This document shows, one piece after another, positions 43,714 through 51,741 of a stretch of 64,000 nucleotides of DNA. The position numbers were made by a program, and so were the translations under genes. The notes beneath the pieces were generated by a model, which saw nothing but the letters and a program-made list of their open reading frames with translations, was not told the DNA's origin and made no database searches. The number at the start of each line of letters is the position of its first letter. Position 1 is the first letter of the stretch. Source of the DNA: Opitutaceae bacterium (GTDB taxonomy: Bacteria; Verrucomicrobiota; Verrucomicrobiia; Opitutales; Opitutaceae); contig JBIKWB010000024.1 of the NCBI GenBank assembly GCA_044356555.1, positions 8,504 to 72,503 of the forward strand. Direction: 5' to 3'.

Positions 43714-44157
43714 ATGCCGAAAATCGAAGTCAACATTGTCGCCGAGATTCTGAAAAAGAACCAACTCGACCCAAAGCTCCTCCGCCAAGTCATCGAAGAA
43801 ATGAACCTCGCCGCCCAGCCCGACCCCGGCGACGAAGAGAAACCGCCGGCAGTCAAAAAGCAGTTCGTCGTGCTCGCCAGCGACCCGGAGAATCGCCTGC
43901 CGAAACACGATTTTGTCGCTTGGATTCTCCAAATTCCCGAGGAAGACAGCGTCGCCACCACCCAAGAGCGCATCTTTCGCGGCGCCTACGATTTCAACGC
44001 CTCCAAAAAAGGCCGCCTCCACCCCGCAAAAACCGTCGGCGAAGCCCTCGAGCACGTCCCGGCGAAATTCTTTAAGGAGGCCGAGGTCTGGGTGAAAAAC
44101 AAAGTCCCCGTGCTCGTCCTGCGCACCGACAACGAAATTCCGAAAGCGCCTAAATAG
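43714..44157 (+). CDS. Hypothetical protein (147 aa)
   Basis: Clean ORF with coding-like composition, followed by a hairpin and T-run. Sequence MPKIEVNIVAEILKKNQLDPKLLRQVIEEMN... not recognised. Confidence 0.55.
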   Translation: MPKIEVNIVAEILKKNQLDPKLLRQVIEEMNLAAQPDPGDEEKPPAVKKQFVVLASDPENRLPKHDFVAWILQIPEEDSVATTQERIFRGAYDFNASKKGRLHPAKTVGEALEHVPAKFFKEAEVWVKNKVPVLVLRTDNEIPKAPK

Positions 44158-44185
44158 CGCCCACGGCGTTTCGGACCGTGTAGCA

Positions 44186-44213
44186 GCGTCCCTCGCGGAC
44201 GCCCGCCTTTTTT
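44186..44213 (+). terminator. Terminator-like hairpin (gcgtcc-ctcgc-ggacgc) followed by ccgcctttttt
   Basis: Read directly. It is preceded by gtgtagca, resembling the 5' part of the REP-like elements. Confidence 0.5.
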
Positions 44214-44229
44214 CCCGCGCTCCTGCTGC

Positions 44230-44793
44230 TTAAGGCTCGATTCCGAAGTTCTGGGGGTCAAATCCCCGCGCCGCCAGCGCCGCGCTCAAGGCCTTCATCT
44301 CCAGCCGAGCGCCCGGCTTCACTCCGTTCGCCTTGAACCAACCTTGGTTCGTCTCGACGACAAACTGCAACCGTTGGCTCCGCGAGGGCACCGGCTTCTC
44401 GTCGAACGGATACGCCGGATAGTATTCCAGCAGCACGCCCTCCGGACTGAAGTAAGCGATGTCCAACGGCGTCGGCGTGTTTCGCATCCAAAAACTCATT
44501 CCCTGCGGCCGCCCGAAAACGAACACCATCGCGTCATCGGCTCCCAAATCACGACGCTCCATCAGCCCCCGCTCCAGCTCTTTGGGCCGCACCGCCAATT
44601 GCATCCTCAGGGTCTTGTCGCCGACTTTGATCGAAAACCAGTCCGCCACACCTTTCATCGCCGCACCCTGCGCCACGCCCCCCGCCGAGCTTTTGGTCCC
44701 CGCCGACTCTGCCTCACCACACCCGGCCACAATCAGCGCTGACGCGGCCGTCGCTACCCTCAAAACCATGGAAACCGGATTTGCCTTCTTCAT
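44230..44793 (-). CDS. DUF192 domain lipoprotein
   Basis: Lipobox LIVAGC. ...ELERGLMERRDLGADDAMVFVF...MSFWMRNTPTPLDIAYF...VVETNQGWF matches the DUF192 pattern. Confidence 0.75.
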   Translation of the reverse strand: MKKANPVSMVLRVATAASALIVAGCGEAESAGTKSSAGGVAQGAAMKGVADWFSIKVGDKTLRMQLAVRPKELERGLMERRDLGADDAMVFVFGRPQGMSFWMRNTPTPLDIAYFSPEGVLLEYYPAYPFDEKPVPSRSQRLQFVVETNQGWFKANGVKPGARLEMKALSAALAARGFDPQNFGIEP

Positions 44794-44845
44794 GCGCCCT
44801 GTGGCTAATCACCCGCCTCTTCCAACTCAACTCCTCTCTCCCACC

Positions 44846-45994
44846 GTGTCACTTTCATCATCGGCGTCCACGCCTCCGCCCCTCCTCTACGCCGACACCG
44901 AACGCAGCGCCGATGCCCTCTACTTTGGCCGCGTCGGCGTGCCCGACCCGTTCATCGCGTTCGCCGCTCACGGCAAAAAATACGCCGTTGTCGGCGCCCT
45001 TGAATTCGGACGGGTAAAGCGCCGCTCCGCCTTCGACCGCGTTCTCGCCCTCGAACCCTATATGGCCAAAGCCCGCGAGGTTTGGCCGCAGCGCAAACCC
45101 GGCGCCGCCGAAGTGATCTTCCTCCTTGCTACCGAACTGAAACAGAAATCCTTCACCGTCCCGGAGGATTTTCCCGCCGGCGTTTACGAGAAGCTTTTCG
45201 AACTCGGCCTCGACCTCACCGTCGCGACCGGCCCGATCTTCCCCAACCGTGAAATCAAAACTCCGGCCGAAATCACCGCGCTGCGCGAGGGCAACCGCTG
45301 CAGTGCATTGGGCATCGCCGCCGCCGAGCGCGTGCTCCGCGCCAGCAAAATCAAGGGCCGCTCACTCATCTTCGAGGGCAAACCTCTAACCAGCGAGCGA
45401 CTGAAATTCGCCATCGAGTCTGCCTGCCTCGCCGCGGGCGCCGTCTCCGCCAACACCATCGCCGCCGGCGGCGACCAAGCCTGCGACCCGCACGAGCGCG
45501 GCTCCGGCCCGCTCCGCCCCAACGAACTCATCATCGTTGACGTCTTTCCCCGCGTCTCCGCCACCGGCTACCACGGCGACATGACCCGCACCTTCCTCCG
45601 CGGCACCGCCTCCGAGGCCCAACGCGCCCTCGTCGCGGCCGTTCGCGCCGCCCAACTCGCCGCGCTCAAAACCATCCGCGCCGGCGTGGGCGGTCGTACC
45701 GTGCACGAAGCCGTTGTCGCCACCTTTACCGCGCGCGGTTACGAGACCAAGCACTCGCCCAAGGGCTCCACCGGTTTTTTCCACGGCACCGGCCACGGCC
45801 TCGGCCTCGCCGTTCACGAGGCGCCCGGCCTCAGCCCGCGCTACGACACCCCGCTGCGCCGCGGCACGGTCGTGACCGTGGAACCGGGTCTCTATTATCC
45901 CGGCCTCGGAGCCTGCCGGATCGAAGACGTCGTCCAGGTCACCGCCACCGGCCACACCCTTCTCTCCAAGTCCCCCTACACGTGGGAACTCTGA
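44846..45994 (+). CDS. M24-family Xaa-Pro peptidase
   Basis: ...LIIVDVFPRVSATGYHGDMTRTF...GHGLGLAVHEAP...VVTVEPGLYYPGLGACRIEDVV (pita-bread metal ligands). The start is uncertain: ATG at 44792 would overlap the divergent DUF192 start codon, so GTG at 44846 is listed. Confidence 0.8.
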   Translation: MSLSSSASTPPPLLYADTERSADALYFGRVGVPDPFIAFAAHGKKYAVVGALEFGRVKRRSAFDRVLALEPYMAKAREVWPQRKPGAAEVIFLLATELKQKSFTVPEDFPAGVYEKLFELGLDLTVATGPIFPNREIKTPAEITALREGNRCSALGIAAAERVLRASKIKGRSLIFEGKPLTSERLKFAIESACLAAGAVSANTIAAGGDQACDPHERGSGPLRPNELIIVDVFPRVSATGYHGDMTRTFLRGTASEAQRALVAAVRAAQLAALKTIRAGVGGRTVHEAVVATFTARGYETKHSPKGSTGFFHGTGHGLGLAVHEAPGLSPRYDTPLRRGTVVTVEPGLYYPGLGACRIEDVVQVTATGHTLLSKSPYTWEL

Positions 45995-46066
45995 CCCGTC
46001 TTTACTCCGATCTCCTGATTTCTCGATTTTCACCGTCCTGCTCTTTTCTCCCGTATTTTTTCCGCG

Positions 46067-46087
46067 TTTTCCGTGTATTCCGTGGGC
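46067..46087 (+). repeat. TTCCGTGT-type intergenic repeat, copy 2 (ttttccgtgtattccgtgggc)
   Basis: The 16-mer ttttccgtgtattccg is identical to 47766-47781. It lies in a pyrimidine-rich leader about 55 nt upstream of hldA. Confidence 0.6.
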
Positions 46088-46142
46088 AACTCCTCCCAAT
46101 TCCTGATTCCCTGAGTTCCAGATAAAAAACATCCCTGCCCCG

Positions 46143-47117
46143 ATGCGCTCACTGCCCGGCCTCCTCAAAAAAATCTCCGCCCTTCGCATCCTCGTCATCG
46201 GCGACGTCATGCTCGACCGCTACCTCTGGGGTGATGCCACCCGCATCTCGCCCGAAGCGCCCGTACCCGTCGTGGACATCACCCGCGAAACCGTCACCGC
46301 CGGCGGCGCCGCCAACGTCGCCCTCAACCTCGCTTCTCTTGGGGCCCGCACCACCGTCGCCGGCTACTTCGGCGCCGACGCCGCCGGCCGCAGCCTCGTC
46401 GCCACGCTCGCCGAGAAAAAAATCGCCACCCTTTCGACCCCCGGCTCCGCGCAGACCATCGTAAAAACCCGCGTGCTCGTCCAGCGCCAGCAACTTTGCC
46501 GCCTCGACCGCGAGTCCCCGCCCTCCGCCTACGCCGTCACCGCCGACGCCGCCGAAAAACTTCTCAGCACCGCCATCCGCTCGCACGACGCCGTCATCTT
46601 CTCCGACTACGCCAAAGGCATCCTTTCCGACGAGCTCGTCGCCCGCATCACCACCCTCGCCCGCGCCGCCGGCAAACTCGTCGCTTTGGACCCCAAACCG
46701 AAGCACGCCCTCGCCTTTCACGGCCTCGATCTGATCACCCCGAACAAACGCGAAGCCCTCGAACTCTCCGGCCTCCACCCCGCGCCCGGCACGCCCTTCC
46801 CCGCCGCCGCCGTCTGCGCCCGACTCCACGAGAAATTCGCGACCAAGCACCTCGTCATCACCCTTGGCGAAGACGGCATGTTACTCAGCACCGCCGGTAA
46901 AGTCCTCAAAACCATCCCCACCGCTGCCCGCGAAGTTTACGACGTCTCCGGCGCCGGCGACACCGCCCTCGCCGCCCTCGTCTTGGCCTTGGCCGCCGGC
47001 GCCAAACTCGAAACCGCCGCCCACTTCGCCAACGCCGCCGCCGGCGTCGTCGTCGGCAAACTCGGCACCGCCACCGTCACGCCGGCCGAGCTCAAGGCCT
47101 ACGTCAGTCACCGCTAA
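46143..47117 (+). CDS. hldA: D-glycero-beta-D-manno-heptose-7-phosphate kinase (RfaE/HldE domain I only, PfkB family)
   Basis: ILVIGDVMLDRYLWGDATRISPEAPVPVVDITRETVTAGGAANVALNLASLGA...DVSGAGDT. The protein ends after the kinase domain, with no adenylyltransferase half. Confidence 0.85.
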   Translation: MRSLPGLLKKISALRILVIGDVMLDRYLWGDATRISPEAPVPVVDITRETVTAGGAANVALNLASLGARTTVAGYFGADAAGRSLVATLAEKKIATLSTPGSAQTIVKTRVLVQRQQLCRLDRESPPSAYAVTADAAEKLLSTAIRSHDAVIFSDYAKGILSDELVARITTLARAAGKLVALDPKPKHALAFHGLDLITPNKREALELSGLHPAPGTPFPAAAVCARLHEKFATKHLVITLGEDGMLLSTAGKVLKTIPTAAREVYDVSGAGDTALAALVLALAAGAKLETAAHFANAAAGVVVGKLGTATVTPAELKAYVSHR

Positions 47118-47120
47118 TCC

Positions 47121-47687
47121 GTGGAACCCAAAAAACACCAACCCAAGAACGCAGACTCTCGCCGCGCCCTCTTCCTCGATCGCGACGGCACACTGATCCT
47201 CGACAAGCACTACCTGTCCGATCCTGCCGGCGTGGAGATCATCCCCGGCGTGCGTGACGCTCTCCAGCACGCCAGCGCCCTCGGCTATCAGCTCTTTATG
47301 CTGACCAACCAGTCCGGCATCGGCCGCGGACTCTACACCCTCGACGACGCCCTCCTCGTCAACGCCCGCATGGAGACCTTGCTCGCTCTCCACTCACCCC
47401 TCTTCGCCGGCATCTGCATCGCACCGGAGGCGCCCGACCAACCTTCACTCTACCGCAAACCCTCGCCGCGCTACATTCAGGAGATGATCGCTCAACACCA
47501 CCTCGATCCCGCCCAGTGCGCGATGGTCGGTGACCGCGCGAGCGACATCCAAGCCGGTCTCGGCGCCGGTGTCCGAGCCATCGCCGTCTGCACCGGCGAG
47601 CTCACGGCCGACGCTTGGCAAAGCCTCGCCCTCCCGGGCGCCGAGATCCACGCCGACCTCGCCGCCTTCGTCGCAACGCTCGCCTAA
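47121..47687 (+). CDS. gmhB: D,D-heptose 1,7-bisphosphate phosphatase-like HAD-IIIA hydrolase
   Basis: ALFLDRDGTLI...FMLTNQSGIGRGLYT...YRKPSP...MVGDRASDIQAG. GTG start 4 nt after hldA. Confidence 0.8.
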   Translation: MEPKKHQPKNADSRRALFLDRDGTLILDKHYLSDPAGVEIIPGVRDALQHASALGYQLFMLTNQSGIGRGLYTLDDALLVNARMETLLALHSPLFAGICIAPEAPDQPSLYRKPSPRYIQEMIAQHHLDPAQCAMVGDRASDIQAGLGAGVRAIAVCTGELTADAWQSLALPGAEIHADLAAFVATLA

Positions 47688-47699
47688 ATTCATCTCTTT

Positions 47700-47728
47700 C
47701 ATTCGCGCCCATTCGCGGAGTTCGCTGG
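47700..47728 (+). repeat. ATTCGCG-type intergenic repeat, copy 2 (cattcgcgcccattcgcggagttcgctgg)
   Basis: Shares an identical 18-mer with 35686-35703. Confidence 0.6.
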
Positions 47729-47758
47729 CCACCCTTCTCCGACCATCCTCCCTCCGAC

Positions 47759-47786
47759 TTCCGTGTTTTCCGTGTATTCCGCGGGC
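47759..47786 (+). repeat. TTCCGTGT-type intergenic repeat, copy 3 (ttccgtgttttccgtgtattccgcgggc)
   Basis: Tandem units ttccgtgt, t, ttccgtgt, a, ttccgcgg, about 25 nt upstream of the Fpg/Nei ATG. Confidence 0.6.
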
Positions 47787-47811
47787 CGCTCCTCCTTCTA
47801 AACCCCGTTCC

Positions 47812-48675
47812 ATGCCCGAACTCGCCGAAGCCGAATTTTTCCGCAAACGCTGGCAACTCGCCACCCGCCCCGACTCCAAGATTCTCCGCGTCCACACCCA
47901 CGACGCCAAAAAACTCTTCCGCACCGCGCCCGCCCCCGCCCTCCGCGCCGCCCTCACCGACTCCGTTCTCACCGCCTCCGCCGCCGCCGCGAAGCAGATC
48001 CTCTTCCGCTTTCAACGCCCCGCCACCTCCACCGCGCCCGCGATCGACGCTTGGCTCGGCATCCACCTCGGCATGACCGGCGACCTTTCCGTTGCAACGC
48101 CTGCTCATAATCCGCGCAAGCACGACCACCTCGTCCTCTACACCGCCGCCCACGCGCTCGTTTTCGCCGACCCACGTCTCTTCGGCCGCATTCAGTTTCA
48201 CCTCGGTCCCGACGCCCCGCTGTGGTGGGCCAAGATCGCCCCGGCCCTGATCTCGCCCTCGTTCACCGTCGCCGCCGCGGCCGCGTTCCTTAAGCGCCGC
48301 GCCCGGGCGCCGATCAAAGCCGTTCTCCTGATGCAGGAACGTTTCCCCGGCATCGGCAACTGGATGGCCGACGAGATCCTCTGGCGCGCCGCGATTCACC
48401 CCGCCCAGCCCGCCGGCTCCCTTAGCCCCGCCGAAGTCAAAATCCTCTGGCGCGAGTGCCGCGCCGTCGCCCGTCTCGCCCTCGCCACGATCGCCGGCCG
48501 CGGCGATGATCTTCCTCCAGATCTCAACACCGCCATTCCTGACACCTGGCTATTCAACCACCGCTGGTCCGACGGCGGCCGCTGCCCCAAAACCAAAAGA
48601 CCCCTGAGTCGCGCCGACATCGGCGGCCGCACCACCTGCTGGTCTCCGGCCCGCCAAAAACTTCGCAATAACTGA
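47812..48675 (+). CDS. Fpg/Nei family DNA glycosylase/AP lyase with a degenerate (two-Cys) zinc finger
   Basis: From ATG 47812: MPELAEAE (catalytic Pro2/Glu3). H2TH: LMQERFPGIGNWMADEILWRAAIHP. The C-terminus GGRCPKTKRPLSRADIGGRTTCWSPARQK replaces the usual CxxC-x16-CxxC. Confidence 0.75.
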   Translation: MPELAEAEFFRKRWQLATRPDSKILRVHTHDAKKLFRTAPAPALRAALTDSVLTASAAAAKQILFRFQRPATSTAPAIDAWLGIHLGMTGDLSVATPAHNPRKHDHLVLYTAAHALVFADPRLFGRIQFHLGPDAPLWWAKIAPALISPSFTVAAAAAFLKRRARAPIKAVLLMQERFPGIGNWMADEILWRAAIHPAQPAGSLSPAEVKILWRECRAVARLALATIAGRGDDLPPDLNTAIPDTWLFNHRWSDGGRCPKTKRPLSRADIGGRTTCWSPARQKLRNN

Positions 48676-48732
48676 CGCGCTCCGCCGATCCCTCCGTTGA
48701 CATAGCCAACTCTGCTTTCCAACTTGGCCAAC

Positions 48733-49068
48733 ATGAACGTCAAGACCGCCGAGCTGAAAAACAACCTCAGCAGATACCTGCGCCGGGTCCGAGCCGGCAA
48801 GACGCTCACCGTCTTCGACCGCGATACCGCGATCGCCGTGCTTTCCCCGGTTCCCGCATCCCCCGACATCGCGCCTCCGCTTGACCGCGCCTGGCAACGC
48901 GAGCGCCTCGCCGCCCTCGCCCGGGCCAAGAAACACGGCGTCAAGATCGACATCCCTCTCCATCGCCCAGTCGGGCCGGTCTTCCCCGACATTAAGCCCA
49001 TCCTCGCACCCGACGGGCGCACCGACATCAACACCATCGACCTCGTCCGCGGCGGACGCGACTGGTGA
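48733..49068 (+). CDS. vapB: Type II antitoxin (Phd/YefM-like N-terminus) with a long C-terminal extension
   Basis: MNVKTAELKNNLSRYLRRVRAGKTLTVFDRDTAIAVLSP is a Phd/YefM-style N-terminal domain. It sits immediately upstream of, and overlaps, a PIN gene. Confidence 0.6.
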   Translation: MNVKTAELKNNLSRYLRRVRAGKTLTVFDRDTAIAVLSPVPASPDIAPPLDRAWQRERLAALARAKKHGVKIDIPLHRPVGPVFPDIKPILAPDGRTDINTIDLVRGGRDW

Positions 49069-49469
49069 TGCGCGCCTACTGGGACACCAGCGCGCTGCTC
49101 GCGCTCCTTTTTGACGAGCCGCACACCGCCCGCGCGCGGACGGCCAGCGCCCTGTGCACGGAAATTCATTCGTGGTCCTGGCTCCGCATCGAAGCAGAAG
49201 CGGGGGCGTCGCGACGTGAACCGTCCGAAATTTGGCGCGCATCGCTCGATCCGCTTTTGCGCACCGTCCGCTGGCTGGAGATTTCACCCTCCGAACACTC
49301 CTCCCTCCTCGCCCTCAACCGACGCCACCGCCTACGCGCCGCCGACGCCGGCCACCTCTATTGCTTTAGCCGCCTCAGCCTCGTCCACCCCCAAGCCCAG
49401 CTCGTCTGCTTCGACGCAGAACTGTGCGCCGCCGCCCGCGCCGAGAAACTCCGCGTCTGGTCCCCCTAA
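49065..49469 (+). CDS. vapC: PIN-domain toxin (VapC-like ribonuclease)
   Basis: (M)MRAYWDTSALLALLFDE...RIEAEAG...LRAADAGHLYCF...LVCFDAEL. Four acidic PIN positions are recognisable. The start overlaps the antitoxin stop. Confidence 0.7.
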   Translation: MMRAYWDTSALLALLFDEPHTARARTASALCTEIHSWSWLRIEAEAGASRREPSEIWRASLDPLLRTVRWLEISPSEHSSLLALNRRHRLRAADAGHLYCFSRLSLVHPQAQLVCFDAELCAAARAEKLRVWSP

Positions 49470-49526
49470 ATTCCCGGGGAGGCTGCCCGGTCCAGCCGGC
49501 ACTTCAGGCCCTTCGCCTTTCCCAAC

Positions 49527-50285
49527 GTGACCGCACCCGCCAAAAAAATCCGCCTCGATGAACTCCTCGTCGTCCGTGGCCTCGCCGCTTCCCGCGCCCA
49601 GGCCAAGGCCCTCGTCATGGCCGGCCGCGTGCGCAGCGGCACGGAACGCCTCGACAAACCCGGCCGCGACTTTGCATCCGATTGCGAACTTTCTGTCGAA
49701 CAACCGCCACGCTTCGTCAGTCGCGGGGGCGAAAAACTCTCCGCCGCCCTCACCGCTTTTGGCCTCAATCTCGCCGGCGCCCACGTCCTTGACGTCGGCG
49801 CTTCCACGGGCGGCTTTACCGATTGCGCCCTCCAGTCCGGCGCCGCCGACGTGATCTGCGTGGATGTCGGCCGGGCTCAGCTCCACGCCAAACTGCTCGC
49901 CGATCCGCGCGTCACCAACTTCGAGAAAATGAACGCCCGCCACCTAACCGTGGGCGACCTCCCGCGCGCCGAGTTCGACGCTGTCGTTACCGACCTCTCA
50001 TTCATTTCCCTCAAAGTCGTGCTTCCCGCGATCTGGCCTTTCGTCCGCCCAGGCGGAGTGCTGGTCGCCCTGGTGAAGCCCCAGTTCGAAGCCGGGAAAG
50101 CCGAGGTGGACAAAGGCCGCGGCGTCATCCGTGACCCCGCCGTGCAACAGGCCGTGATCGACGATATTCGCACCTTTGCCATTGGTCTTCTCCGCGGCGC
50201 GACCCTCATCGGGACCGTCGACTCGCCCATCACCGGCACCGACGGCAACCGCGAGTTTCTCCTCGGGCTCCGTCGCTCGTCGTAA
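49527..50285 (+). CDS. tlyA: TlyA-family rRNA 2'-O-methyltransferase
   Basis: [28 protein letters not shown] (S4 domain) ...FVSRGGEKL...[16 protein letters not shown]...DLSFISL...KPQFE. Confidence 0.85.
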   Translation: MTAPAKKIRLDELLVVRGLAASRAQAKALVMAGRVRSGTERLDKPGRDFASDCELSVEQPPRFVSRGGEKLSAALTAFGLNLAGAHVLDVGASTGGFTDCALQSGAADVICVDVGRAQLHAKLLADPRVTNFEKMNARHLTVGDLPRAEFDAVVTDLSFISLKVVLPAIWPFVRPGGVLVALVKPQFEAGKAEVDKGRGVIRDPAVQQAVIDDIRTFAIGLLRGATLIGTVDSPITGTDGNREFLLGLRRSS

Positions 50286-50339
50286 ATTTGTTTCCCCCGG
50301 CGCCTTGCTCCCGCCATTAACAACCGCCTCTTTTCGCAC

Positions 50340-51179
50340 ATGAACGCTCTCCGCTCGCTCGCCTTCGTCACCAACGCCGACAAACCCGGCGCTCCCGAAC
50401 TGACGCGCGAACTGCTCGTCCTCGCCAAAGCCGCCGGCGTCAAAACCAAGCACACCTCCCGGCTCGACATCCCCCGGGGCTGGCTCACGGGCTGCGATGC
50501 CTGCTGCGTGATCGGCGGCGACGGCACGCTCCTCGGCGTCGCCCGCGAGGCCGCTCGCGCCCAAGTCCCCATTATCGGCGTCAACCGCGGCAGCCTCGGC
50601 TTTCTCACGACGTTCTCCGCCGACGAAGCCCGCGTCCAGTTTTCGTCGCTGTTGCGCGGTGAATTCAACGTCGCCTACCGCTCCTTGTTGGCCTGCTCCA
50701 CCAGCGCGAGCCGCCACGACATCGCCCTCAACGACGTCCTCATCAAAGACCAAATCAACTCCCGCATCGTCCGGCTCGAGGTCTTCGCCAACAACCAACT
50801 CGTCACGGAATACACCTGCGACGGCCTGATCTTTTCCACCCCCACCGGCTCGACCGCCTATAATCTTTCCGCCGGCGGTCCGCTCATCTCGCCCGACGCC
50901 GGCGTCATCGCGATGACCCCGATCTGCCCGCACACCTTGAGCAACCGCTCCATCATTTTCAGAGATGATGTTTGCCTCCGGGTCCACAACCGCAGCCCCG
51001 GCTCGACCTTGCTTGTCGCCATGGATGGGCAACGCAATCACGTCTCGTGCGCCGATACGCCCATCGAGATCACGATCTCGCCGCTCAAACTCCCTCTCGC
51101 CCAGCGGCTCGACTACGAGCACTTCGCCGTCGTGCGCACCAAACTCCACTGGAGCGGCGGTTTCATCGAGAAGAAGTAA
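50340..51179 (+). CDS. nadK: NAD kinase
   Basis: CCVIGGDGTLLGVAR...PIIGVNRGSLGFLT...NDVLI...GLIFSTPTGSTAYNLSAGGPLISP. Confidence 0.9.
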   Translation: MNALRSLAFVTNADKPGAPELTRELLVLAKAAGVKTKHTSRLDIPRGWLTGCDACCVIGGDGTLLGVAREAARAQVPIIGVNRGSLGFLTTFSADEARVQFSSLLRGEFNVAYRSLLACSTSASRHDIALNDVLIKDQINSRIVRLEVFANNQLVTEYTCDGLIFSTPTGSTAYNLSAGGPLISPDAGVIAMTPICPHTLSNRSIIFRDDVCLRVHNRSPGSTLLVAMDGQRNHVSCADTPIEITISPLKLPLAQRLDYEHFAVVRTKLHWSGGFIEKK

Positions 51180-51258
51180 TCCGTCCGCCGCAGTGAGCAG
51201 ATCCTTGCGGCTCACGCCGCAAGCCCCGGCCGCGACCGCACGATCCGTGCGCAAAAAA

Positions 51259-51284
51259 GCCCCGGCAAATCGCCGGGGCTTTTT
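51259..51284. terminator. Bidirectional rho-independent terminator
   Basis: aaaaaa-gccccggc-aaatc-gccggggc-ttttt, between convergent nadK and the small EF-hand gene. Confidence 0.75.
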
Positions 51285-51310
51285 AAATCTAAACGAATTC
51301 GGACAAAGAA

Positions 51311-51559
51311 TTACTTCTTCTCGTCTTTCTTCATGCCTTCTTCTTTGGCCTTCTTCTTCGCGGCATTGGCTTCCTTCATCGCCTTGTCTTCAGCTTCGTC
51401 GAGTTTGCCGTCTTTGTTCTTGTCCCACATTTCCAATTGCTTGGCGCTTGGGCCTTTTTTCTTTGGAGCGTCTTGGGCCTGGAGAGCCGGAGCGGAGACG
51501 CTAACGAGCACCGCAAGGGCGCTGAGGAGGGTGATAAGTTTTGAGGTAGTATTTTTCAT
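51311..51559 (-). CDS. Small secreted Lys/Glu-rich protein with a single canonical EF-hand loop
   Basis: From ATG 51559: MKNTTSKLITLLSALAVLVSVSAPALQA signal peptide, then DKNKDGKLDEAE, which fits D-x-N-x-D-G-x-L-x-x-x-E exactly. The gene is visibly less GC-rich than its neighbours. Confidence 0.55.
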   Translation of the reverse strand: MKNTTSKLITLLSALAVLVSVSAPALQAQDAPKKKGPSAKQLEMWDKNKDGKLDEAEDKAMKEANAAKKKAKEEGMKKDEKK

Positions 51560-51741
51560 AGCGTCTGGAAATTGAGTAATCACTTTCCAAAAAGCCAGCC
51601 TTCAATCGCAAGATACCCGCTTCACCGGGAAATTTTTTTCTCACCGTCCGCGAATCTATTTTCCAACTCAATCGTCCGCGATCCGCCCTCGGTTTCCCGC
51701 GCTTGTTACAACCGCCACAACATTTCTAACTCCCTTACATC

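Noticed and set aside
48697-48725. TTGACA at 48697-48702 as the -35 box of a vapBC promoter
   Set aside because: The hexamer 17 nt downstream (caactt) is a poor -10 box. I kept only the note about a possible operator in the vapBC finding.
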